Positions 8,726-18,481 of a DNA stretch of 50,532 nt are shown in pieces (the stretch's first letter is position 1; each line of letters begins with the position of its first letter). The stretch covers positions 1 through 50,532 of the forward strand of contig JBHLPW010000041.1 in NCBI GenBank assembly GCA_048939015.1, written 5' to 3'. Below the pieces are notes generated by a model. That model worked only from the letters and a program-made list of their open reading frames with translations, ran no database searches and was not told the origin of the DNA. Position numbers and translations under genes: made by a program. The stretch is from Promethearchaeota archaeon (GTDB lineage Archaea > Asgardarchaeota > Lokiarchaeia > Sigyniarchaeales > SOKP01).

Positions 8726-9268
8726 TCATATAGAATGCGTTATAATACCATAAAGACCAGACTCAGAATCTAGAAATAATTGTATTGGTGGAGGAAAATA
8801 TGTGAATATCGCAAATATTACGCCAAATCCAATAAATATCACCCAAGATACATAATTATACCATTTTGATAATTGTTCTCTTGTCATGATTTTATAACTT
8901 ACAAATTGACCAATTATCACACCAATTACAAAACTTAAAATATCTATAATAAGTAATTCTGTTCCTAATATCGCTGTATAAGAATAAAAAACAATCAATA
9001 TCGTACTAATAGCCAATATAAATGAAATAGTTATTCCTAGAATGAAATTCTTCGCTTCTTCTTTAATAAAATTATATTCTATTAATGAAAATATGATTAA
9101 TGGCCAATATGGCAGTTTAAGATGCTCCCACACACTTTCATTAACTGGAAAGAATGGTGCTATTGGTATCCAGTAATTTAAGATCTCAAACATAAAATGA
9201 AATAAAGCCCCAACTACAACAACAAATACAATTCCTAGTAATTCCCATGTTAAAATTTTATTCTTCAT
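8726..9268 (-). CDS. DUF6512-like integral membrane protein
   Basis: GALFHFMFE, PVNESVWEHLKL, FYSYT, FTYFPP; about five TM helices. Confidence 0.7.
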   Translation of the reverse strand: MKNKILTWELLGIVFVVVVGALFHFMFEILNYWIPIAPFFPVNESVWEHLKLPYWPLIIFSLIEYNFIKEEAKNFILGITISFILAISTILIVFYSYTAILGTELLIIDILSFVIGVIIGQFVSYKIMTREQLSKWYNYVSWVIFIGFGVIFAIFTYFPPPIQLFLDSESGLYGIITHSI

Positions 9269-9466
9269 AATTTTGCTCCTTCATTTTAGATTCGATATTA
9301 TATAACTAAAGAATGTCTTTTAAAGTAGGAGTTCTGATGATCTATATCCGTATAATAATAAAAAAAGTGTTGTTTACATTATATAAACTTTATAGGAAAA
9401 TGGATTAATTATAAACTATACTGATACAATTTTAATTATAATTTCTAAACGAAAAATTAAGATAAA

Positions 9467-10477
9467 ATGATGAAGGCTGCTATATTTAATGGTAAAGAAA
9501 TCAAAATTGAAATGACCAATGAACCTAATATTAATGATTCTCAAGTATTAGTTCATGTAAAAGCAGTTGGTATATGTGGAACAGATATTGCTATTATACA
9601 AGGAGATTTACCAACAAGTACCCCGATTATCTTAGGTCATGAATTTGCGGGGGATGTGGTAAAATTGGGTAAAAATATTGAGGAATCTTGGCTTGGTAAA
9701 CGAGTTACTTCCGAAATTAATGCCAATATTGATTTTAATTGTTATTATTGTAGACAAGCTCAATATACACAATGTGTATCTCGAAAGGCAATTGGTATTG
9801 ACATCGATGGTGCTCTTGCAGAATATATCGCATTAGATACTTATTTATTACATGAGATACCAGTTGCAATGAGTTATGAAGAGGCTACCTTTATTGAGCC
9901 TCTCGCTGCTGCATATCAAACTTTTGAAATGATGCCTCTTGATGAAAATGACCAAACAATGGTAGTATTTGGACTTGGAAAATTGGGATTACTGATTACT
10001 CAAGTAGCTTTTTCAAAAGGATTAAAATTAATTGTAGTGGATGGTTCAGATAAAAAACTTCAATTAGCAAAAAAATTTGGAGCATATCAGATCCTGAATA
10101 GACTTAAAATTAAAGACATTCCAAAGGAAGTTAAGAATCTCACTGATGGACTAGGAGCGGATATAGTGGTCGATGCAACCGGTAACCCTAATGTTCTCAA
10201 TGATGTTATTGCATGTTGTAGAACTCGTGGAAAAATTCATATAAAGAGCACTCATGGTCTTGAAACTCCTATTAATCTAACTGAAATTGTAGTGAGAGAG
10301 CTCACTCTTTATAGTAGTCGATGCGGACCTTTTGACAAGGCAATCGATGGGTTAAGATCTGGAAATATAAAAGTTAAGGATTTAATCTCAAAAAAATATA
10401 ATTTAGATGAGATACATGAAGCCTTTAATTCTTATAGTATAAGTCGTGATCACATTAAAACGCTCGTTCTATTATAG
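9467..10477 (+). CDS. Zn-dependent medium-chain (MDR) alcohol dehydrogenase
   Basis: GICGTD, LGHEFAG, D-x2-CYYC-x7-C structural Zn site, FIEPLAAA, GLGKLG, SRCGPF. Confidence 0.92.
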   Translation: MMKAAIFNGKEIKIEMTNEPNINDSQVLVHVKAVGICGTDIAIIQGDLPTSTPIILGHEFAGDVVKLGKNIEESWLGKRVTSEINANIDFNCYYCRQAQYTQCVSRKAIGIDIDGALAEYIALDTYLLHEIPVAMSYEEATFIEPLAAAYQTFEMMPLDENDQTMVVFGLGKLGLLITQVAFSKGLKLIVVDGSDKKLQLAKKFGAYQILNRLKIKDIPKEVKNLTDGLGADIVVDATGNPNVLNDVIACCRTRGKIHIKSTHGLETPINLTEIVVRELTLYSSRCGPFDKAIDGLRSGNIKVKDLISKKYNLDEIHEAFNSYSISRDHIKTLVLL

Positions 10478-10604
10478 CGCAAGAATACCATTTATAAACG
10501 ACGAAATTACATGATCATAAATAAAACATTTAATTTTTTAGAAAATTTTAATTAATGCATAAATAATTAAAAGCAGAAAATAATATACTAAAGAAAGGGA
10601 AATT

Positions 10605-12431
10605 ATGGATAGCAGAGAAGAAACATCGAGTGAGAGTATTCCTAGGAAGCGCTCCATTCGAGAGGAAATTGAAACCCAATATTTTTGGTATCTTTTTGTG
10701 CTTTTTTCAATTTTTTTAGCATCATTACTTATTCCTGCTATTATCTTCATAGTATATGTTGTATTCTTTTTTCTGCCTTACTTTCTAGAAGCTACTAACT
10801 TTTTCGCTATTTTTACACAGTTTAAGCCATTTATAGCTTTAATCTCCATGCCATTAGTTCTTATTGGTTGCTATCTTATTCGATTATTTTTTATAGGATT
10901 GATAACCCGTGGTTTTTGGAGATTAGCCGAAAAAAGATCTCCAAGTAAAGAAGGGATAATTCCAAGAAATTTTCCAAGCAAAACTTTAAGCTATTATCAA
11001 CTTAAAGGTTTTATGATAAAATATGGAAAGAATGCGTTCATGAAAGGCCCTTTTGCATGGCTAGGAAATTGGTTTTTTAATTTTATAGGCGCTAGCAATA
11101 TCGGGAAAGGTACTACTTTTGAAGAATCCCCTAGTAATGATAAATTTATTGAAGTGGGAGAGAATTCCTATATCGGAGTTAATTCTGCTTTAGCTAGTCA
11201 TATTGTTGATGGTGTATTTGGTAATATTAACTACTTTAAAGTAAAGACAGGAGATAATTTTACTGCTTCGGCTAGTGTTGTATTAGCACCTGGATCTGAG
11301 GCTTATGAAAATTCTTACCTACTTCCTTTAGCAGCTACCCCTAAACATAGTGTAATAAAAGGAAATAATTATTATTGGGGAATGCCGCTAAGAAAAATAT
11401 TCAAAAAAAAGATTATGAATTATTTAAGAATAAAAGAAAAGGATTTAGAGAAAAATAAAAATATTAGTAGTTATCGAGACAAAAAATTATTAAAGAAATT
11501 AAAAGTCAAGAAGTTTTTAGAACAACAGGAGTCTAAGACAAAAAAACAAGAAATAATCGAGAAAAGTGAAAGATATTATAATCAAAATAATATAGATGAA
11601 GAAAATCTAAGAATTGACTTTACCACAAGTAGCGCAATTTCAAGAGTAAACATGAAGTTTTTAGCTATATATGTCCCAATTTTTTGGTTATCTGGGATGC
11701 TAGATACAGCAATCTTCTATGCTTTCACTTCCTCTGTCCACAATTGGCTTTTAATGGCTTTCTTCTTACCTGCTATATTAATCATTATGTGGTTTGTTTT
11801 CATTTTTGGCTGTTTTATCTTTAGTAAACTTATACTGATATTAATTAATTTGATACATAAACCCAAAGAAGGAATATTCAAGGCAGAAAAAGGGAACTCT
11901 GATTTTGAATTTTGGTGTGCTCGAAAAGAATTAAAAAAAATAGCTTTTTGGCTAATTAGAAATTGGCCACTTCCTTGGATGGATATTTTAGCGTTCAAAT
12001 GGTTTGGAATTAAAATGAGCTTATCAAGTACTCTATGGGACTCCTGGACTGATGGTGAATTTATTCAATTTGGGCGCAGAGTAATTGTTGGGCAAGCCGC
12101 TACTGTTATGAGCAGTTCAATCATCGGTAAATATTTAATAATAAAAAAAATCATTCTTGGCGATTATGTAGTTATTGGGGGGCAAGCTATCGTTTCTCCT
12201 GGTACTATAATAGGTAAGGATTCGGTTGTTGGGGCTTTAAGCACGACAAACTATGATCAAGTTCTCGAACCAGAATGGATTTATTTTGGAATTCCGGTAA
12301 TTAAAATGAAACCAAATAAATATGCTGAAGGAAGACGTAACATTCTTGTGAAAAGGAATGTTGATGAAGAAATAAAGTTTGAAGTTGAACATGAAGTAAA
12401 TATCGATGAAGATAAGAAAGAATTGGTTTAA
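10605..12431 (+). CDS. Fused membrane LbH acyltransferase-like protein, modules A+B
   Basis: N-half aligns by eye with 315..1241 (SPSKEGIIPRN, IGKGTTFEE, LASH, YYWGMP). C-half aligns with 1241..2122 (DFTTSSAIS, HKPKEG, EVNIDEDKK). Confidence 0.78.
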   Translation: MDSREETSSESIPRKRSIREEIETQYFWYLFVLFSIFLASLLIPAIIFIVYVVFFFLPYFLEATNFFAIFTQFKPFIALISMPLVLIGCYLIRLFFIGLITRGFWRLAEKRSPSKEGIIPRNFPSKTLSYYQLKGFMIKYGKNAFMKGPFAWLGNWFFNFIGASNIGKGTTFEESPSNDKFIEVGENSYIGVNSALASHIVDGVFGNINYFKVKTGDNFTASASVVLAPGSEAYENSYLLPLAATPKHSVIKGNNYYWGMPLRKIFKKKIMNYLRIKEKDLEKNKNISSYRDKKLLKKLKVKKFLEQQESKTKKQEIIEKSERYYNQNNIDEENLRIDFTTSSAISRVNMKFLAIYVPIFWLSGMLDTAIFYAFTSSVHNWLLMAFFLPAILIIMWFVFIFGCFIFSKLILILINLIHKPKEGIFKAEKGNSDFEFWCARKELKKIAFWLIRNWPLPWMDILAFKWFGIKMSLSSTLWDSWTDGEFIQFGRRVIVGQAATVMSSSIIGKYLIIKKIILGDYVVIGGQAIVSPGTIIGKDSVVGALSTTNYDQVLEPEWIYFGIPVIKMKPNKYAEGRRNILVKRNVDEEIKFEVEHEVNIDEDKKELV

Positions 12432-12446
12432 TCTTTTGATTAATTA

Positions 12447-12842
12447 TTATCTTAACTCTAAATTCAATTCCTCCTTCAAGAATTTCCTTAGATTTTTGCA
12501 GGTTCTATTGAAAGTACCTTTTCTTTTATAAAATAGATGAGTTCGAGGACACTCCTTATCATAAATGCATTTTTTTCTTTCGAAATCAAAAATGAGAGGA
12601 TAAAACTTACAACCTTGCGGACGGTATTTATAAATATTGCATGTTTTCGAATTTTTTTCAAAAAAGACACAATAACCTGCAATATTTTTTAATTGAAGAA
12701 GATTATCTTCATTTTTGAAATAAAATTTTTGTTTAGGTATATGATTTTGGCATTCTTTCTTTATTAAATTAATATCATCCTCGGAAACAACCATTTCTGT
12801 CTCTATACAGCACTTTCCACAATCCTTACAGTTATCTGGCAT
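12447..12842 (-). CDS. YkgJ-family cysteine-cluster (Fe-S/Zn) protein
   Basis: CKDCGKCC...CVFF...CNIYKYRPQGCKFYP. Confidence 0.9.
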   Translation of the reverse strand: MPDNCKDCGKCCIETEMVVSEDDINLIKKECQNHIPKQKFYFKNEDNLLQLKNIAGYCVFFEKNSKTCNIYKYRPQGCKFYPLIFDFERKKCIYDKECPRTHLFYKRKGTFNRTCKNLRKFLKEELNLELR

Positions 12843-12929
12843 TATTACTTGTTCTTTTTATCTGAGACTAATAGTTTTAAAAGAAAAAAAAATAACTATT
12901 AAATTATAATAAGTATCAATTGTTTTTTA

Positions 12930-14786
12930 ATGAAGAAAAAATTACTGAAACCTACTGAAGAAGTTATAAAGGAAGAAGTAAGTCTTCAATTTCACTTATA
13001 TATTATCATTTTCGCAGTAATCTATTATTTTTCTTGGTTAGTCCCAGGATTTGTCTTTTGGCTTTACTTTTTTTTCCCATTTCGAATATTTTTTTTAGAA
13101 AATCCGGGAATTTTTCATCTATTTACTAATTTAAGTTCTCTTATAACTTTACTTGTTATGCCTTTGGTTATTATCATTTGCTATTTACTTCATTTACTTC
13201 TAATTGGATTGATGACAAGATTATTATGGGGAATTACTGAGAGAATTTCTCCATCCAAGTCAGGAATTATCCCGAGAAACATTAAAAGTAGAGTTGCCAA
13301 TTATTACCATATTAGAAGTTTTATGATAAAATATGGAAAGAATACATTTACAAAAGGAATATTTCCTTGGTTATCAAATTGGTTTTTTAATTTTGTAGGA
13401 TCGAACAAAATTGGTAAGGGAACGACCTTTGAGGAATCCGTAGGCAATGATAAATTTATTGAAGCGGGAGACAATTGCTACTTTGGAGTAAATTCAACCT
13501 TAGCAAGTCATCTTATTCAAGGCGTTTTTGGAAATATATCATATTTTAAAATTAAGGTTGGCAATAATGTCACTTTTGCGGCAATGTGCGGAGTTGGTCC
13601 CGGTTCAGAGCTTGATGATAATGCTTACTTATTACCATTAGCGGCTACTCCAAAACATAGCATAATGAAAGGAAATAATTATTATTTTGGAATGCCAATG
13701 CGGAAAATCTTTAGAAAAAAAATTATGAATTATCTTGATGTAGTTCCTAAAGATTTGGAAATGAGTGAAAATATTCAAGGCTATTCTAATAAAAAATTAC
13801 TTAAAGAAATTAAAGAGAAAAAAGGAGTTTTAAAAACTTTTGACGAAAAATTTGATATAGAGCCAATTTTAGGTAAACCCCCTGAAGAAGAAAAAATAGA
13901 TATAGATGATTTGACTGATCAAGACTTAATGCTTGATTTCACTACCAGTTCAGCAATAAGTCGAGTCAATACAAAATTTCTACTTGTCTATATACCAATA
14001 TTTTGGCTTTCAGGATTAGTGGTAACTATAATTTGGTATTGGTATTCTCGAAGCCAAGTTGCCACCAATTTTCAATGGGCTTTTTTCTTTTTCTTTCCAC
14101 TTGTGCTTTTTGGACTTACATATATTTTTATTATAGGATGTCTCGCATTTAGTAAGCTTTTTTTAATACTGGTTAACCTCTTTCATAGACCTAAAGAAGG
14201 GGTTTTTAAAGCTGAGATTGGGGATACTGATTTCGAATTTTGGATGTTAAGGACTGAATTAAAGAAGATTCCACTATGGTTTTTTCGTAATTCACCTTTT
14301 CCATGGACTGATGTTTTAGCTTTCAAACAATTAGGTGCTAATATGGATTTTTCAAGTCATTTAGCAGATACTTGGTGTGATTCTGAATTTATTAAATTTG
14401 GGCGCAAGGTTATGATTGGACAAGGAGCTACCTTAATGTCCTCAATGGTCGTAGGTAGATACTTATTGATAAAGAAAGTATTTTTTGAAGACTATGTAAT
14501 GGTTGGAGGACATACTACTATTTCACCAGGGACTGTCATAGGGAAAGAATCCATCATTGGTGCTTTAAGTACAAGTACTTACGACCAGTATTTAAAACCT
14601 GCTTGGATTTATTTTGGAATACCTGCTATTGAAATGAAAGAAAATAAATATGCTGAAGAAAGACGAGATATAATAATAAAACGTGAAGTAGCTGATGCTA
14701 TGAAAATGGAAGTGACCCATGAAGTTAATATCGATGAGGACAAAAAAGACTTAATTAAAACCAAAAGTGAGAGTGAAGAAAAATGA
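12930..14786 (+). CDS. Fused membrane LbH acyltransferase-like protein, modules A+B
   Basis: Full-length paralogue of 10605..12431 (IGKGTTFEES, LASHLIQG, LLPLAATPKHS, DFTTSSAISRVN). Confidence 0.78.
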   Translation: MKKKLLKPTEEVIKEEVSLQFHLYIIIFAVIYYFSWLVPGFVFWLYFFFPFRIFFLENPGIFHLFTNLSSLITLLVMPLVIIICYLLHLLLIGLMTRLLWGITERISPSKSGIIPRNIKSRVANYYHIRSFMIKYGKNTFTKGIFPWLSNWFFNFVGSNKIGKGTTFEESVGNDKFIEAGDNCYFGVNSTLASHLIQGVFGNISYFKIKVGNNVTFAAMCGVGPGSELDDNAYLLPLAATPKHSIMKGNNYYFGMPMRKIFRKKIMNYLDVVPKDLEMSENIQGYSNKKLLKEIKEKKGVLKTFDEKFDIEPILGKPPEEEKIDIDDLTDQDLMLDFTTSSAISRVNTKFLLVYIPIFWLSGLVVTIIWYWYSRSQVATNFQWAFFFFFPLVLFGLTYIFIIGCLAFSKLFLILVNLFHRPKEGVFKAEIGDTDFEFWMLRTELKKIPLWFFRNSPFPWTDVLAFKQLGANMDFSSHLADTWCDSEFIKFGRKVMIGQGATLMSSMVVGRYLLIKKVFFEDYVMVGGHTTISPGTVIGKESIIGALSTSTYDQYLKPAWIYFGIPAIEMKENKYAEERRDIIIKREVADAMKMEVTHEVNIDEDKKDLIKTKSESEEK

Positions 14787-15733
14787 GTGTACCAAATACA
14801 ATGAGAGTTGGACCTTTTACAACAAACGTACTTGTCAAGAAAAGTTATTTGATTTTATATATTTTTATTATATGGGCGAGTTTCATTCCGATACTTTTGG
14901 AATTTTGGATTTATTGGCGCTTTTTATGGAATGCAGTAAGGCCTGTTCATTTCTATACATTTCTTCCACTCTTTGCTTTTCTAATGTATTTTACTCTTGT
15001 GTTTTCAGCGATTATTATTGCGAAAATATTATTAATTATTGTCAACGTGGTTCATAAACCTCGAGAAGGTGTTTTTCTACGAATTCCTGAAGATCAAGAT
15101 TATCGCTATTGGAGTCTTAGGAGTGTTGTAAAAAGATGGCCTATTTGGCTCGCTCACAGATTTCCATTCCCTGGATTTATGGATAATATTTGTTTCAAAA
15201 TGTTTGGCGTAAAGACAAGAATTTCGAATTCTTTATTCGAAGGCTGGGTTGATGCAGAGTTCGTGAAATTTGGCAAAGATGTGGTTGTGGGACAGGGCGC
15301 AATTGTCCAGTCAGCTGTAATTGTAGGCAATCTATTGATAATCAGGAAAACTATAATTGAAGATGATGTAAGAATAGGTTCCCATGCGATAATTATGCCA
15401 GGTACTCATATTGGGAATAAATGCATTTTAGCAGCAAATTCGGTGACTACGGTGGGTCAAGTTTTAGAAAGAGGACACATTTATGCAGGAGTTCCTGCCA
15501 AAAAGTTCAAGAAAAACTATTTTTTTGAAGATGGTTTAGAAGATAGAATCGGACATGTAGAAGACGTTGAGTCGTTAAGAGAGAAATACGAAGAAATATA
15601 TACAAAAAGACATGATCAAATCACCCGTAAAGATCGCAGAGAAATCAAGAGAGAAAAGAAAGAAGATGAGAAGAAGAGATTCGATCAAGCGGCTGAAGAA
15701 TGGGAAGAATTTGATGATGGTTTCAATATTTAG
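14783..15733 (+). CDS. Membrane LbH acyltransferase-like protein, module C
   Basis: Paralogue of 2125..2973 (SLFEGWVD, VVVGQGAIVQSA, IMPGTH). ATGA overlap with the upstream gene; charged C-terminal tail. Confidence 0.78.
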   Translation: MSVPNTMRVGPFTTNVLVKKSYLILYIFIIWASFIPILLEFWIYWRFLWNAVRPVHFYTFLPLFAFLMYFTLVFSAIIIAKILLIIVNVVHKPREGVFLRIPEDQDYRYWSLRSVVKRWPIWLAHRFPFPGFMDNICFKMFGVKTRISNSLFEGWVDAEFVKFGKDVVVGQGAIVQSAVIVGNLLIIRKTIIEDDVRIGSHAIIMPGTHIGNKCILAANSVTTVGQVLERGHIYAGVPAKKFKKNYFFEDGLEDRIGHVEDVESLREKYEEIYTKRHDQITRKDRREIKREKKEDEKKRFDQAAEEWEEFDDGFNI

Positions 15734-15880
15734 TGGAGAAGTTAATAATTAATTTATTATATTTCATACTCTTTGTTTACCTGTTTTAAATAGTAATTTA
15801 ATTAGTTTTATAATAGTAATTTTCTTTATATATTACTTAAGTATAGAAAGTTAGAATCCAAGTTTTTAATCCGATCATCT

Positions 15881-17860
15881 ATGGAAAACCATATTACCTA
15901 TATAGAACCTAAGGAATTAATTCGAGCGAAAAAGCTTGTAAATAAAGGTAAATTTGATGATGTACTCCTATTAATAAGGAAAGTTGAACAAATGAGAGAT
16001 ATTTCTCTTCATGATTTAGTCTCATGGCATTTACTCAAATGTGATATTTTATTCCAGCAATATTTACTTAAAGAGCTTAATTCTCTAGCTGAAAAAACAT
16101 ATAAGGAGAGTTTAAGATTAAGAAAAAGTCTCTTATCTATAGATGCTTTATATTATTGGGGTTGGGCTTTAATATGGTTAAGAAATCCGGAAAAGGTTGA
16201 AGAAATAATAATACATGGAGAAAAACTCTTAAAAACCCTAATACATGAATTACCAAGAAATTACAGGCAAAGAGAGGGTTCTCTAGCGTATCTTAAAGGA
16301 TGGCTTTACAGATTATCCTTTTTTTCAAAGCATGATCTCGATTTGGCATTAAAGCACTTTAAGCACAGTTTAACATTGAGAGAACAATTTGGTTCCAAAC
16401 ATGAGATCGCTGAAAGCTTTTTATCTATTGGTTCAATATTTTTGATTAACAACGGGGAACTGAACCATGCATTTAAGTATATAGAACGTGCTTTAACTAT
16501 TGCTAAGGAAAGTAACAAAAAGTTTACTATAGCATGGAGTTTTTATTATAAGGCGATCTATCATTCTTATAAAGGGGAATTAGACCGTAGTATTATAATT
16601 AATGAGTACATTTTGTCATTATTTAAGGAACTTAACAGTAAAGGTATTATTGGGCACATTCTTAACAACTTAGCGGAAGATTATAGAAAGAAAGGAGAAT
16701 TGGATCGTGCTTTAAAGTACTCAGAACAATCTTTGGCACATTATGAGGAGATTGGAATTTTAAAAGACACTGCTAATGCCTATGATTATTTAATTCAAAT
16801 ACTAATTGATAAAGGCGATCTTGAGCGGGCACAGAATTCTCTTCGTGATTTAGAACAAATAACCATTCAATTAAATGACAAACAAATTAATTTGATGTAC
16901 CTTTTTGATAAGGCTTTAGTGTTGAAAACTAGTACTCGAGCCATCAATAGGGGTAAAGCTGAAGAAATATTAAAGGAACTTCTTGAAGAGAAAAATATAA
17001 TTTATGAAAGTCATTTAATGGTATTACTTCACTTATGCGATTTACTCATAGTTGATTTACGGATGACAGGTGATTTAGATGTATTAAATGACATAAATTC
17101 TTGTATTACTCAAATATTGGATATAACTGAAAAATCGCGCTCCTATTGGGTTTTAGGGGAAGCTTATCTTTTGCAAGCTAAACTAGCTTTATTTACATTG
17201 GATTTGAAAAAAGCACGACGGTTATTGACAAAAGGGCAGCAAATTACTGAAAATTATGAGCTGAATTTGCTAGCCCAGAGAATTTCAAATGAACATGATG
17301 AATTGCTAAAAAAATTAGATATGTGGAAGAATTTAAAAAAAACAGAAATATCTTTGACTAAACGTATGGAATTATCCCAATTAAATGAACAAATGGGGTT
17401 AATGGTCCGAAAACGAGTAGTAGTCGTTCCTGAACTTTCAGATGAAGACCCAGTACTTCTTCTAATAGTCTCAGAAGGAGGGAGACCAATATTTTCACAA
17501 TCGTTTATAAAGGACCAGATTATTGAAGACCATCTTTTTGGAGGGTTTTTAAGTGCTATTGATTCTTTTGTGAATGAAATGTTTTCTGAAGGACTTGATC
17601 GTGTTAGTTTTGGTGAACATACACTCCTTATGAACTCTGTATCACCTTTTTTTATGTGTTATGTATATAAGGGTCAGTCTTATTTAGCTCAGCGGAGAAT
17701 TAGTTATTTTCTAGATAAAATACAGAACGATGAGGAAATTTGGAAAACTTTTAATAACTTTAATCAATTTAATAAGGAGATCCAATTAAAAGATATCCCT
17801 TCACTTGAAACATTGATAAAGGAAATATTTATAGATAAAAAAATTTTAATTAAAAGGTAA
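15881..17860 (+). CDS. TPR-repeat protein with C-terminal longin/roadblock-like domain
   Basis: TPR motifs (LDLALKHFKHSL, GELNHAFKYIERAL, GELDRALKYSEQSL). C-terminal LLIVSEGGRPIF...LFGGFLSAIDSFVNEMF...F.EHTLL pattern. Confidence 0.75.
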   Translation: MENHITYIEPKELIRAKKLVNKGKFDDVLLLIRKVEQMRDISLHDLVSWHLLKCDILFQQYLLKELNSLAEKTYKESLRLRKSLLSIDALYYWGWALIWLRNPEKVEEIIIHGEKLLKTLIHELPRNYRQREGSLAYLKGWLYRLSFFSKHDLDLALKHFKHSLTLREQFGSKHEIAESFLSIGSIFLINNGELNHAFKYIERALTIAKESNKKFTIAWSFYYKAIYHSYKGELDRSIIINEYILSLFKELNSKGIIGHILNNLAEDYRKKGELDRALKYSEQSLAHYEEIGILKDTANAYDYLIQILIDKGDLERAQNSLRDLEQITIQLNDKQINLMYLFDKALVLKTSTRAINRGKAEEILKELLEEKNIIYESHLMVLLHLCDLLIVDLRMTGDLDVLNDINSCITQILDITEKSRSYWVLGEAYLLQAKLALFTLDLKKARRLLTKGQQITENYELNLLAQRISNEHDELLKKLDMWKNLKKTEISLTKRMELSQLNEQMGLMVRKRVVVVPELSDEDPVLLLIVSEGGRPIFSQSFIKDQIIEDHLFGGFLSAIDSFVNEMFSEGLDRVSFGEHTLLMNSVSPFFMCYVYKGQSYLAQRRISYFLDKIQNDEEIWKTFNNFNQFNKEIQLKDIPSLETLIKEIFIDKKILIKR

Positions 17861-17901
17861 ATTCGTATTTTTAAATTTTAAGTATATTCAAACGGTATAG
17901 G

Positions 17902-18480
17902 ATGGTAGCACATATAATCATGGTCTCTCATGCATTAGTTTGTTATCCAAACTTTAACACATCTAAAATAGAAGCTTTTAGGAAAAAATATGATCCTCAT
18001 TATAATCTGATAAAACCACATATAACGCTTATTTTTCCAATTGATAACACATCACTTTCAAGGAACTCACTTTTAGAACACATAAAATCGGTCATTAATA
18101 ATTGGGGGTCCTTTAACATTGAACTTGGCGGTTTAACAAAATCTTGGGATCATTGGTTATTTCTCTTAGTGAAAGAGGGAAAAAAGGAAATTATTGAATT
18201 ACACGAGGACCTATATCAAGGAATTTTATTACCTTATTTCAGAAATGATCTTGAATATATTCCTCATATAACTATCGGACGTTTTATAAAGAAAACACTT
18301 CAAAATAGTCCACAAAGTACAGAGGGCATTTTATTTGACGAGATTAGTTATAATATAGCACTAGAAGAAGCCCAAGCTCTCAACTTAATATATCAAACTG
18401 AGGTAAAGGTTGTTCACTTAATACAAATTAATGAGGAATTTACCCAAACTAAGAACCTTAAGGAATTTAATTTAAAATAG
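17902..18480 (+). CDS. 2H phosphoesterase (2'-5' RNA ligase/YjcG-like)
   Basis: Two HxT motifs, PHITL and PHITI; FRKKYDP. Confidence 0.88.
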   Translation: MVAHIIMVSHALVCYPNFNTSKIEAFRKKYDPHYNLIKPHITLIFPIDNTSLSRNSLLEHIKSVINNWGSFNIELGGLTKSWDHWLFLLVKEGKKEIIELHEDLYQGILLPYFRNDLEYIPHITIGRFIKKTLQNSPQSTEGILFDEISYNIALEEAQALNLIYQTEVKVVHLIQINEEFTQTKNLKEFNLK

Positions 18481-18481
18481 T

